The translations under genes and the position numbers were made by a program. Of a DNA stretch of 64,000 bases, positions 1 to 7,622 are shown one piece after another; the first letter of the stretch is position 1; each line of letters begins with the position of its first letter. The stretch lies in NCBI GenBank assembly GCA_964517675.1, contig CAZFEL010000001.1, positions 387,588 to 451,587 of the forward strand, written 5' to 3'. The notes under the pieces are model-generated. The model was not told the origin of the DNA and did not search any database. It saw nothing but the letters and a program-made list of their open reading frames with translations. Origin of the DNA: an uncultured archaeon (GTDB taxonomy: Archaea; Nanohalarchaeota; Nanosalinia; Nanosalinales; Nanoanaerosalinaceae).

Positions 1-771
1 TTCGTGACGATGCTGCTCAAACCTGCTGTCACGGTCCTGAGCCTGGAAGGCCATGGTTATGATTCCCGCACCGCTTACTTGACGGCCATTAATATCGACC
101 AGATCAGTGAGTTTGCCCTCATCATGGCGATCCAGGCTTCGATAGCCGGGACGATCAGTCAGCCGGTCTTCGATGCGATCGTCCTGGCGGCCACGGTGAC
201 GATGTTACTCACATCCTACACGGACAAATACGCGGAACGGCTCTATGATATCCTGGCGGAGCGTCAACACATCCACATCAGACCGAACAGGTCCGAGTAC
301 TATAATGTGCCGGACGGCATCAGAGACCATACGGTGATAGCCGGATACGATGTTCAGGGGAGGATGATAGCGGAGTACCTCCGTGAGAGGGATGAACCGT
401 TCGTCGTGATAGACAACGATCCTGAGAGAGTCATCGAGGCCCGCGAGGAAGGCTATCCACATGTCTTCGGGAACGTGAGGAATGAAAGGACATGGGAGCG
501 CGCTGGGTACACCGAGGCCCGTCTCATCATCTCGACAGTCCCTGTCAGCTCGACCTCGCGGTATATCGTGGACTTGGAGACGGACGCGGATATCATCATC
601 CGGTCTGAAGATGTTGACGTGGCTACTGAGTTCGTCGATGAGTGTCTGTATGTCATCAACTCCGATCTCCTCGCAACGGAGAAACTCACGGAGCATATCC
701 GGGGTTCTCTAGAGAATGAGAAGTACCGTGAGCGGTTGCGCGAGCAGAGCAGGCGGGATTTATTCGAGTAG
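1..771 (+). CDS. C-terminal part of a cation/proton-antiporter-type membrane protein with a TrkA-N (RCK) domain; the 5' end lies outside the window
   Basis: Frame 1 is open from base 1. A hydrophobic stretch is followed by the Rossmann-like segment HTVIAGYDVQGRMIAEYL..FVVIDNDPERV, typical of TrkA-N/RCK. Confidence 0.7.
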   Translation, partial: FVTMLLKPAVTVLSLEGHGYDSRTAYLTAINIDQISEFALIMAIQASIAGTISQPVFDAIVLAATVTMLLTSYTDKYAERLYDILAERQHIHIRPNRSEYYNVPDGIRDHTVIAGYDVQGRMIAEYLRERDEPFVVIDNDPERVIEAREEGYPHVFGNVRNERTWERAGYTEARLIISTVPVSSTSRYIVDLETDADIIIRSEDVDVATEFVDECLYVINSDLLATEKLTEHIRGSLENEKYRERLREQSRRDLFE

Positions 772-1359
772 TTCGCCGATGCGCTGCTTGAGGACGTCGT
801 GTCCTATCGCTCCCTCTCGATGGACCGTCATCCGGCCGTCCTCGAGATCGATGATGGTCGACGGAGGGTCATGATTGAGCTCGCCATCGTCGAGGATCAC
901 GTCCGCTGCCTCCCTGACGGCCGGGTCGATGTCCTCGATCCTGTACGAAGACGGTTCACCGGACAGGTTCGCGCTGGTCGCGACAACGGGGCCATCGATC
1001 CCGTGTGAGAGCTTCCGTGAGACCGCATGATCAGGCACGCGGAAGACGAAGTCCTCGTTCAGGGCATCGGGCACCCTTTCCCGTTTGTGGGCCACCAGGG
1101 TCAGCGGCCCAGGCATGAACCGATTGCAGACTCGTTCCTCCAGCTCGCTGGGTTCGCAGTACCGTTTTGCCATCCTGAGGTCCGCGACGATGGCGGTCAG
1201 TGGCTTGTCCCGTGGCCGTCTCTTGATATCGTAGATACGCTCGATCGCTTCCTCGTCCAGTGCATCGCAGCCGATCCCGTAGCATGTCTCTGTAGGGTAT
1301 ATGACGATACCACCGTCTTTGAGGGATCTGACTGCTTCCTCGATATCGTTGTCATCCAT
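760..1359 (-). CDS. tsaC: L-threonylcarbamoyladenylate synthase, YrdC-domain only (Sua5/TsaC family)
   Basis: GGIVIYPTETCYGIGCDA and ATSANLSGEPS motifs. ATG confirmed at 1359. Overlaps kae1 by 8 nt. Confidence 0.9.
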   Translation of the reverse strand: MDDNDIEEAVRSLKDGGIVIYPTETCYGIGCDALDEEAIERIYDIKRRPRDKPLTAIVADLRMAKRYCEPSELEERVCNRFMPGPLTLVAHKRERVPDALNEDFVFRVPDHAVSRKLSHGIDGPVVATSANLSGEPSSYRIEDIDPAVREAADVILDDGELNHDPPSTIIDLEDGRMTVHREGAIGHDVLKQRIGELLE

Positions 1360-2332
1360 CCCGCCAGGTCACCTCCTCTTCGTCCGTGCGCCAGTCCGGC
1401 CGGACACCGGAGGCCTCGAGGGCTGTCTCGTCGCCTGTCCGGTGCTTGAGCAGACCTGCGTAGGCGATCATGGCGCCGTTGTCCATGCAGTACTCGTGTG
1501 CCACCTTGTAGGCGGTCCCGTCGCGTTCCGCTGCCATGGTCTCGAGCATCCCCTGGAGCCGCTTGTTGGCCGCGACCCCGCCGGTGACAAGGACCTCGTC
1601 CTTATCGAGGTGGGCCATCGCCCGCTCGGTGGCCTCGACCAGCATCGCGAAGGCGTGTTCCTGGAAAGAGTAACACAGGTCTTCTTCGTCGTAGTCGCCT
1701 ATCATGCCCTTGAGCTTGGTGACGAGACCTGAGAAGGAGAAATCCATCCCCTTGACGGTGTAGGGGAGCTCGATGAGGTCATCCGATCTGGATGCGAGTT
1801 CCTCGACTCGCGGCCCGCCGGGGTGCGGGATGCCGAGGCCGCGTGCGAACTTATCGATGGCGTTCCCAACGGCGATATCGAGGGTCTCACCGAAGACCCG
1901 GTACCGACCGGCTGCATAGGCCAGGACCTGGGAGTTGCCGCCGGAGACATACAGCGTCACCGGGTCCTGTGCATCGGTTGTCAGCCTGCCGATCTCGATG
2001 TGGGCGATCGGGTGGTTGACACCGACCAGCGGGACATCGAGGCGCTGTGCGAGGCTCCGTGCGACGACACCGCCCATCTGGAGGCACTGCGGGATCCCGG
2101 GTCCTTGGGCGAACGCGATGGCATCGATCGAGCCCTCCGCGGCGCTGGCGTCCTCGAGTGCCTGCTGAACGACGTCTTCGGCTGTAGAATAATGGTGCTC
2201 GGCGGCCTTCCGCGGGTGGATGCCGCCTTCATCGGGTTCGTATGCGTCCTTTGCGTTGGCGAGGATGTCATGATCATCGACGATCCCGACGCCGAATGTA
2301 TGTGCTGTGGACTCTATCCCGAGGATCCGCAT
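1352..2332 (-). CDS. kae1: tRNA N6-adenosine threonylcarbamoyltransferase Kae1 (no Bud32 fusion)
   Basis: MRILGIESTAHTFGVGIV N-terminus, HPIAHIE metal motif and full-length ASKHA fold pattern. Confidence 0.95.
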   Translation of the reverse strand: MRILGIESTAHTFGVGIVDDHDILANAKDAYEPDEGGIHPRKAAEHHYSTAEDVVQQALEDASAAEGSIDAIAFAQGPGIPQCLQMGGVVARSLAQRLDVPLVGVNHPIAHIEIGRLTTDAQDPVTLYVSGGNSQVLAYAAGRYRVFGETLDIAVGNAIDKFARGLGIPHPGGPRVEELASRSDDLIELPYTVKGMDFSFSGLVTKLKGMIGDYDEEDLCYSFQEHAFAMLVEATERAMAHLDKDEVLVTGGVAANKRLQGMLETMAAERDGTAYKVAHEYCMDNGAMIAYAGLLKHRTGDETALEASGVRPDWRTDEEEVTWRDG

Positions 2333-2375
2333 ATCGAATCAGAAGGGGGATCGGTGGTTTTCAAGCTGGGGGTGA

Positions 2376-2528
2376 TCATTTCTGGATCTTGGAGTACCCG
2401 CATTTCCCGCAGCTCTTCCTGCCATCGTGCTGGGCGAGGAGGGCGCGGCACTTGGGGCACTGCTTGCCATCCAGTTCACCGTCGTCGCTGTACTTCTCCC
2501 ACCGCTTGACTTCTGCGTGCTTTGGCAT
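2376..2528 (-). CDS. rps27ae: ribosomal protein S27ae (zinc ribbon), 50 aa; too short for the ORF track
   Basis: Hand translation gives MPKHAEVKRWEKYSDDGELDGKQCPKCRALLAQHDGRKSCGKCGYSKIQK. The ATG lies directly after the S24e stop. S24e-S27ae gene order is classic. Confidence 0.85.
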   Translation of the reverse strand: MPKHAEVKRWEKYSDDGELDGKQCPKCRALLAQHDGRKSCGKCGYSKIQK

Positions 2529-2834
2529 TCATTCATCACCGTCGTCGTGCTCGTCGGATTCGTCTGCTCCGTCCTTGCTGTCTTCTTCTGCCTCGTCATC
2601 GGCGACGATCTTGTCCTCGTATGCCTTGAGGAACGCCGTCGAGACGTTGCCGCCGTGACGGGTGTAGATGTGGTCGACCTCGATCTTGTCGGGGTCGAGA
2701 TCGTTCTCTGCGGCGAATTTCTTCCGCACCTTACTCACGGACGGCGTTGCATCGCCTTCGTGGTCGATCCGGAGCTCGTACTCCTCCCGTTCGAGGAGGG
2801 GATTGTCTCTGGTGTCCTGTATCGCAATGTCCAT
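2529..2834 (-). CDS. rps24e: ribosomal protein S24e
   Basis: MDIAIQDTRDNPLLEREEYELRIDHEG..VSKVRKK pattern. The ORF-track start at 2843 is a GTG; the ATG at 2834 is preferred. Confidence 0.9.
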   Translation of the reverse strand: MDIAIQDTRDNPLLEREEYELRIDHEGDATPSVSKVRKKFAAENDLDPDKIEVDHIYTRHGGNVSTAFLKAYEDKIVADDEAEEDSKDGADESDEHDDGDE

Positions 2835-2862
2835 CGTGTGCACCTGTTGTCTGGAAAGCTTT

Positions 2863-3051
2863 TTATCCCTTCACCCGGATCGCGTAGCGACCAGGTGTCG
2901 AGACGCCGACCTCCTCTGCCAGCTCGGAGTCCTCATCGTAGATGATGATGAGACCCTTCCAGGCCGTGGTGAGGTCGTTGTTCTTGCAGACGGGGCATTC
3001 GCTCCCGCTTTCGACGATCCGTTTGCAGTCCTTGCATGCGCGGTCTGCCAT
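2863..3051 (-). CDS. spt4: transcription elongation factor Spt4 / RpoE''
   Basis: 62 aa with CxxC..CxxC zinc ribbon (ACKDCKRIV..CPVCKN). Sits immediately downstream of rpoE with a 1-nt overlap. Confidence 0.85.
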   Translation of the reverse strand: MADRACKDCKRIVESGSECPVCKNNDLTTAWKGLIIIYDEDSELAEEVGVSTPGRYAIRVKG

Positions 3052-3620
3052 CAGCTATCGTCCTCCTCGTCGTCCTCGTCCTCTTCGAACTCCTCCTCGA
3101 TCCATTCGAGCTTGCCCAGTGTGGGCTGTCGCATGGTGAGGTTGACCTTGTTGTCGGCGGACTTATCGAGGCTGACGGCGGTGACCCGTGCGCGGACGGT
3201 ATCGCCCTGCATCAGTGTCTTGTCGCCGTCCTCGCCGACGAGCATCTCCTGGTTCTCGTCGTAGTCGACGTAGTCGTCCATGATCTGAGAGATGTGGCAC
3301 AGGCCATCGATCGGACCCATGCGGACGAAGGCACCGAACTCTGTCACGTCGACGACCTCGCCCTCGATGATCTCGTGGAGCTCGGGCTGGTAGACCAGCG
3401 CCTGGTAGGTGACCGGGTAGTAGACCCCGGCGTCTTCCGGCTGGATGTCGCCGTCGCCCATCTCGTCGATCCCTGTGACCGCCAGGACGACGCCGAGCTT
3501 GTCCTTGATCCGGCCCTCGAGCTGTTTGGAGAGGCTCTTCATGACCGACTGTTCGACGTCACGCCCGAGGAGCTCGGGTGAGACGCGGATGTTGTCTTCG
3601 ATTGTGAGTTTCTTGTACAT
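3051..3620 (-). CDS. rpoE: RNA polymerase subunit E' (Rpo7) with S1 domain
   Basis: N-terminal Rpb7-like region followed by an S1 fold (GEVVDVTEFGAFVRMGPIDGLCHISQI). Confidence 0.9.
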   Translation of the reverse strand: MYKKLTIEDNIRVSPELLGRDVEQSVMKSLSKQLEGRIKDKLGVVLAVTGIDEMGDGDIQPEDAGVYYPVTYQALVYQPELHEIIEGEVVDVTEFGAFVRMGPIDGLCHISQIMDDYVDYDENQEMLVGEDGDKTLMQGDTVRARVTAVSLDKSADNKVNLTMRQPTLGKLEWIEEEFEEDEDDEEDDS

Positions 3621-3623
3621 GAC

Positions 3624-4163
3624 TTACTTCCCGGTCTTGCGCTTGTACAGGTCGACTGAGTGGTTTACTGCCTTGACGGCGTCATCGCGACCGTCCCATC
3701 CGTTGACGGCCACTTGTTTGCCCTCTTCCAGGTCCTTGTAGGTCCTGAAGAACTGGGCGATCTCTTTTTTGACGTGTGTCGGGACGTCCTCGATGCCGGT
3801 GTAATCGTCATACCGGGGGTCTTCCGCGGGGACGGCGAGGACCTTGTCGTCTTTCTCCCCTGAGTCGTTCATCCGCATCAGGCCGATGGGCCGTGCCTCG
3901 ATGATGCAGCCGGGGAAGGTCTGCTCGTCCATGAGGACGATGATGTCCATCGGATCGCCGTCGTCATAGATCGTCTGGGGGATGAAGCCGTACTCGCCTG
4001 GGTAATGCTGCGGGCTGTACAGCACGCGGTCGAGGACGTAGGTCCCCAGGTCCTTCGAGTATTCATACTTGTTTCTGCTTCCCTTCGGAATCTCGATTAC
4101 CGCATACACCACCTCGGGGACGTCAGGTCCCGTCGGCAGGTCTTTCCAGTGATCGTCAGTCAT
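3624..4163 (-). CDS. ppa: inorganic pyrophosphatase (family I)
   Basis: EIPKGSRNKYEY, DGDPMDIIVL and DDKVLAV motifs. Confidence 0.95.
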   Translation of the reverse strand: MTDDHWKDLPTGPDVPEVVYAVIEIPKGSRNKYEYSKDLGTYVLDRVLYSPQHYPGEYGFIPQTIYDDGDPMDIIVLMDEQTFPGCIIEARPIGLMRMNDSGEKDDKVLAVPAEDPRYDDYTGIEDVPTHVKKEIAQFFRTYKDLEEGKQVAVNGWDGRDDAVKAVNHSVDLYKRKTGK

Positions 4164-4268
4164 GTGTATAACCTCGCGTGTTCCGGGCAGAACACTGGTA
4201 CTGGTTCCGCCGACCTTTTTAAGTATTGCTCTGTCTTTCGACCGAACGCATTTAAAACCGGGGCTGCC

Positions 4269-4652
4269 TCAGAGCTGCTCCAGGTGTCGTCCTTCCAGGT
4301 GATTCTTCTGCCTGAGATAGATGTGAGGGAGCTCACGGTCGTGGAGCTCCCGCTTGACGTCAGTGTCGTTCGTACAGATCGTGAACCCCTGCTCGGCGAA
4401 GGTGACGAGCTGGTCGTCGACCGATTCGTCGGCCCGGGCGTTGATGACCTGGATGTCCTTCAGATCGACCAGGCGGTGGACCAGTCGGTGGTACTTCCCG
4501 TCCTCGAGGTTGAGGGCCTCGTTCAGCGTCCTGTCGAGTGTGTAGACCTGGTATCCTGCCCCGACGAGCCGCTCGAACTCATCGAAGATCTCCACGTTGA
4601 ACTGGAACGGCAGGACGAGGAAGTTGGCATCGAGGAGCAGGTCTGGTCTCAT
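4269..4652 (-). CDS. PIN-domain protein (Fcf1/Utp24-like) of the conserved rpoE neighbourhood
   Basis: MRPDLLLDANFLVLPF..TNDTDVKREL matches the PIN acidic pattern. The long ORF (to 4847) has a non-acidic R/P-rich extension. ATG confirmed at 4650-4652. Confidence 0.75.
   Translation of the reverse strand: MRPDLLLDANFLVLPFQFNVEIFDEFERLVGAGYQVYTLDRTLNEALNLEDGKYHRLVHRLVDLKDIQVINARADESVDDQLVTFAEQGFTICTNDTDVKRELHDRELPHIYLRQKNHLEGRHLEQL
4613..4652. repeat. copy 1 of a perfect 40-bp direct repeat, covering the start codon and first 13 codons of the PIN gene
   Basis: ggacgaggaagttggcatcgaggagcaggtctggtctcat is identical to 4717-4756. Confidence 0.95.
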
Positions 4653-4756
4653 CGTTTCACCCCTGTGGTCGGTTCCTGTGGGACCGTCCGGGCGTGCCGC
4701 CTGGGCTTGCAGGCGTGGACGAGGAAGTTGGCATCGAGGAGCAGGTCTGGTCTCAT
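4649..4756 (-). CDS. possible 35-codon upstream ORF created by the duplicated PIN start
   Basis: Hand translation gives MRPDLLLDANFLVHACKPRRHARTVPQEPTTGVKR. Its stop TGA overlaps the PIN ATG (ATGA at 4649-4652). Confidence 0.25.
   Translation of the reverse strand: MRPDLLLDANFLVHACKPRRHARTVPQEPTTGVKR
4717..4756. repeat. copy 2 of the perfect 40-bp direct repeat, offset 104 bp from copy 1
   Basis: Identical 40-mer; the flanking bases differ on both sides. Confidence 0.95.
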
Positions 4757-4885
4757 GGTGTATCACTGTCGGGACGGTGTCGGACCCCGGCAATGTCCGG
4801 ATTAGCGTCCATCTCTTATAAACCACCTGTAGCGGAGGACTGGCCAAACCTTATATAGAGCACACTGTAATCCGGTGGTGCGACA

Positions 4886-5926
4886 ATGAACGTAGAGTAC
4901 GATCACAGGGCATCTGTTCTCAAGCGACTCGATATCGATGGCCCGACCGTCTCGGTGGAGAAAAGCGGTCATAAACCCCAGAGCGGCGATGTCATCGCCG
5001 TCAGGATAACCGAGAAGCGGGGCAACTACGGCGAGATCGACCTGCCTGGTGGCCGACTGGAGGACCTCGAGGAGGGCGATATCGTCCTCGGGGCCTTCGG
5101 CAACCGTGCAGGGGTCAAAGGATACATCGGACGGGTGCCCGAGCGGGTCGAGCAAGGCGATGAGGTCTACTTCATCGGCTCCGGTGGGCTGTTCGGGGAG
5201 TACATCAGCGCGACGAAGGAACTCGGCAAGCCGTACAAGGCAGCGTTCCTCGGCTACGTCGCCCGGGACGACCGCATCCTCAACACGAAAGAATACGGGA
5301 TCGAGCACGTCGACGATCTTGAGGAAGGACCGATGATGGTCCCTGTGGTCGCGACGCGGATGGACGCCGGCAAGACGACCCTGGCCTCCCGCCTGATCGA
5401 GGAACTGGGTGACCGGGGCTATGATGTCGGCTCCGTCAAGCTGACAGGCTCCGCGCGGGAGCGGGACCGCGTGAGCATGTACGATTCCGGTTCCCTGGTC
5501 TCGCTGGACTTCGTGGACGCGGGCCTGCCCTCGACGGTCGAGGACCCGGACGAGGTCATCGATGCCGCGAAGGGTCTGATCCATGAGGCCTGGGAGCAGG
5601 AGGACCTGGATTTCATCGTCGCGGAGTTCGGTGCCGGCGTGATCAGCAACTACCATGTGATGGACGTGCTGAAGGATCTGGATGTCCGGAACACCGTTTT
5701 CACAATCGTCTCGACGGCCCTGGATGTCTCGGGTGCCTACGGCCTGAAGAAGATCCTACAGGAGCAAGATTACGAGCTCGATGTCGTGTCGGGCCCGATC
5801 ACGGACACGACAGCGGGCGTGGAGAAAGTCGAGGACAGCGTCGGTGTGCCGGCGTTGAACGCGTTCCGCGATGAGGATGTGGACGAAGCGGCCGATATCG
5901 TCGAGGAGCGGTTCGAGGGGGCTTAG
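4886..5926 (+). CDS. P-loop NTPase-domain protein (SIMIBI/DUF1611-like); function unknown
   Basis: Walker A-like VPVVATRMDAGKTTLASRLIEEL in the C-terminal half; beta-rich N-terminal half; acidic composition. TATA-like cttatatag lies about 30 nt upstream. Confidence 0.7.
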   Translation: MNVEYDHRASVLKRLDIDGPTVSVEKSGHKPQSGDVIAVRITEKRGNYGEIDLPGGRLEDLEEGDIVLGAFGNRAGVKGYIGRVPERVEQGDEVYFIGSGGLFGEYISATKELGKPYKAAFLGYVARDDRILNTKEYGIEHVDDLEEGPMMVPVVATRMDAGKTTLASRLIEELGDRGYDVGSVKLTGSARERDRVSMYDSGSLVSLDFVDAGLPSTVEDPDEVIDAAKGLIHEAWEQEDLDFIVAEFGAGVISNYHVMDVLKDLDVRNTVFTIVSTALDVSGAYGLKKILQEQDYELDVVSGPITDTTAGVEKVEDSVGVPALNAFRDEDVDEAADIVEERFEGA

Positions 5927-6810
5927 AGCCCTTCTTCGGACTGCTTCTCGACCGTCTTCTGCTTGACGAACTCCATGACCCGGTCGGCGAGGTCGACACC
6001 GAGGACGTCCTCGACACCGGCGACGCCTGGTGAATTGTTGATCTCGCCGATCTGGTACTCGCCGTCCTCACTGACCATGATGTCGACACCGCAGAAGTCG
6101 AAGCCACAGAGCCGTGCGGCCTGGACCGCGATCTCGCGCATGTCTTCAGGTGCGTCGTACTCCTCCCGAGAGCCGCCGGCGGAGATGTTGGAGCGCCATT
6201 CCTCCTCGCCACCGACCCGCTTGTAGCTGTATGTCTCATCACCGATGACGACGATGCGGATGTCCTCGCCAGGGTTCTCGACGTACTCCTGCAGGCAGAT
6301 GTCTTGCTCGAACAGGGTGAGTGTATCGATGATTGGGCTGAGCCCGGATTCTTGGTCTGCCTTCATGATGCCCTTGCCGCCGTACCCGGAGATGAGCTTG
6401 ATGACGACGGGGTAGCCGAGGTCCTCTGCGAACCGTTCGGTCTCTCTGGTCGAGAGGGTGTACGTGGAAGTCGGGACCGGCAGCCCGCCCTCAGCGAGGA
6501 TCTTCATCGAATAGAACTTGTTGGACGCGATGGCGTGGGAGTCGACATCGAGCTGGGTGTAGACACCGTGGTCTTGCAGTATCTCGGGAATATGTTCGCC
6601 GTACAGAAGGTCGTCGCCGAGGAAACGGATGAAGACGCAGTCGAACTCACAGAGATCGGTGTTCTTGTGCATCAACCGGACGCCGTCGTTGTAGACGGTC
6701 CTGACGTTCTCGAGGGGCACACCAAGGACGGTATCGAAGTACTCCTTGCCTGCCTCGATGAAGTGGTGGTGCTGGCCTGATTTATCGCCGTATATGACCG
6801 CACATTTCAT
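5923..6810 (-). CDS. RimK-family ATP-grasp ligase (alpha-L-glutamate-ligase-like)
   Basis: VVIKLISGYGGKGIMKA glycine-rich loop, DIRIVVIGDE, WRSNISAGG and GVDIMV..QIGEINNSPG motifs. Confidence 0.85.
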   Translation of the reverse strand: MKCAVIYGDKSGQHHHFIEAGKEYFDTVLGVPLENVRTVYNDGVRLMHKNTDLCEFDCVFIRFLGDDLLYGEHIPEILQDHGVYTQLDVDSHAIASNKFYSMKILAEGGLPVPTSTYTLSTRETERFAEDLGYPVVIKLISGYGGKGIMKADQESGLSPIIDTLTLFEQDICLQEYVENPGEDIRIVVIGDETYSYKRVGGEEEWRSNISAGGSREEYDAPEDMREIAVQAARLCGFDFCGVDIMVSEDGEYQIGEINNSPGVAGVEDVLGVDLADRVMEFVKQKTVEKQSEEGL

Positions 6811-7622
6811 TCATCATCACCCTCGAGCACGGATGCGACCCGCCCGTAGACGTTCTTCCCGCTTTCCTCCTGGAAGTGGTGGAGGTCGGGCTGGCTGCGG
6901 ACGTCGATGATGTTGTTGCCCATCATGGTGAACCGACAGACATCCGTCCCGATGAACCGGGCTGCGGCCTCTAATGTGTCTTCCTGCTCGGAGGAGAGGT
7001 TGTGGTATCGGGGATTCTCGCCCCTGCTGGATGGCCAGTCGTCCCTGTCCATCTTGAGGGCGATGACCTCGCCGTCGACATACAGTGCATCGAAGAGATC
7101 GCCCTCCATAAGCTCTTGGACGATGATGACGTTTTTGCCGTGTTCGGCGTGCTCGGCGAAGGTCTTCAGCTCGGCGTGGTCCTGCACCCGGGCGATGTCG
7201 TCGCGCTTGAACCCTTCGTACATCTTTGCGACAGCGGGGAACGTGATATCATCCTCGATCGCGGACAGTCCTTTCTCGGTCGAGATCGCCACTGTTGGGG
7301 GGATATCGATCTCCCGCTCCTCGAGGACCTTGAAGAGATAATGCTTTTTCGCCATGATGAAAAAGGCCGTCGGGTTGAGGTTACAGGGGATCCGGTTCTC
7401 CTGGATGGTCTCGAGGAGGACCCGGGCGTAGATGCTTGCCTTGGGCTCTGGATCGAGGTAGATGGCGTCGTACTCGGTGACTGGGGTGCCATCGACCCTG
7501 ACGGTGGCAGGTGAGCCCGTCTTGATTCCGACATCGGCGAGGGACCTGACATCGGGGTCCTCGAAGTGGTCTTCGAACCCTGCTGCCTCGTCCTCGTTAT
7601 TCGTCAGTATCAGTAAATTCAT
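6807..7622 (-). CDS. divergent RimK-like ATP-grasp paralogue, probably catalytically degenerate
   Basis: Same length and architecture as its neighbour. The Gly-rich loop is replaced (VAKMYEGFKRDD) and the E-x-N motif is replaced (IIDVRSQPD). MNLLILTNN start at 7622; 4-nt overlap with the downstream RimK gene. Confidence 0.7.
   Translation of the reverse strand: MNLLILTNNEDEAAGFEDHFEDPDVRSLADVGIKTGSPATVRVDGTPVTEYDAIYLDPEPKASIYARVLLETIQENRIPCNLNPTAFFIMAKKHYLFKVLEEREIDIPPTVAISTEKGLSAIEDDITFPAVAKMYEGFKRDDIARVQDHAELKTFAEHAEHGKNVIIVQELMEGDLFDALYVDGEVIALKMDRDDWPSSRGENPRYHNLSSEQEDTLEAAARFIGTDVCRFTMMGNNIIDVRSQPDLHHFQEESGKNVYGRVASVLEGDDE

Noticed and set aside
4613-4756. The 40-bp direct repeats considered as att sites or target-site duplications of a mobile element.
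   Set aside because: Only 64 bp lie between the copies. There is no integrase or transposase nearby and no inverted terminal repeats. I interpreted it as a local duplication of the gene start instead.
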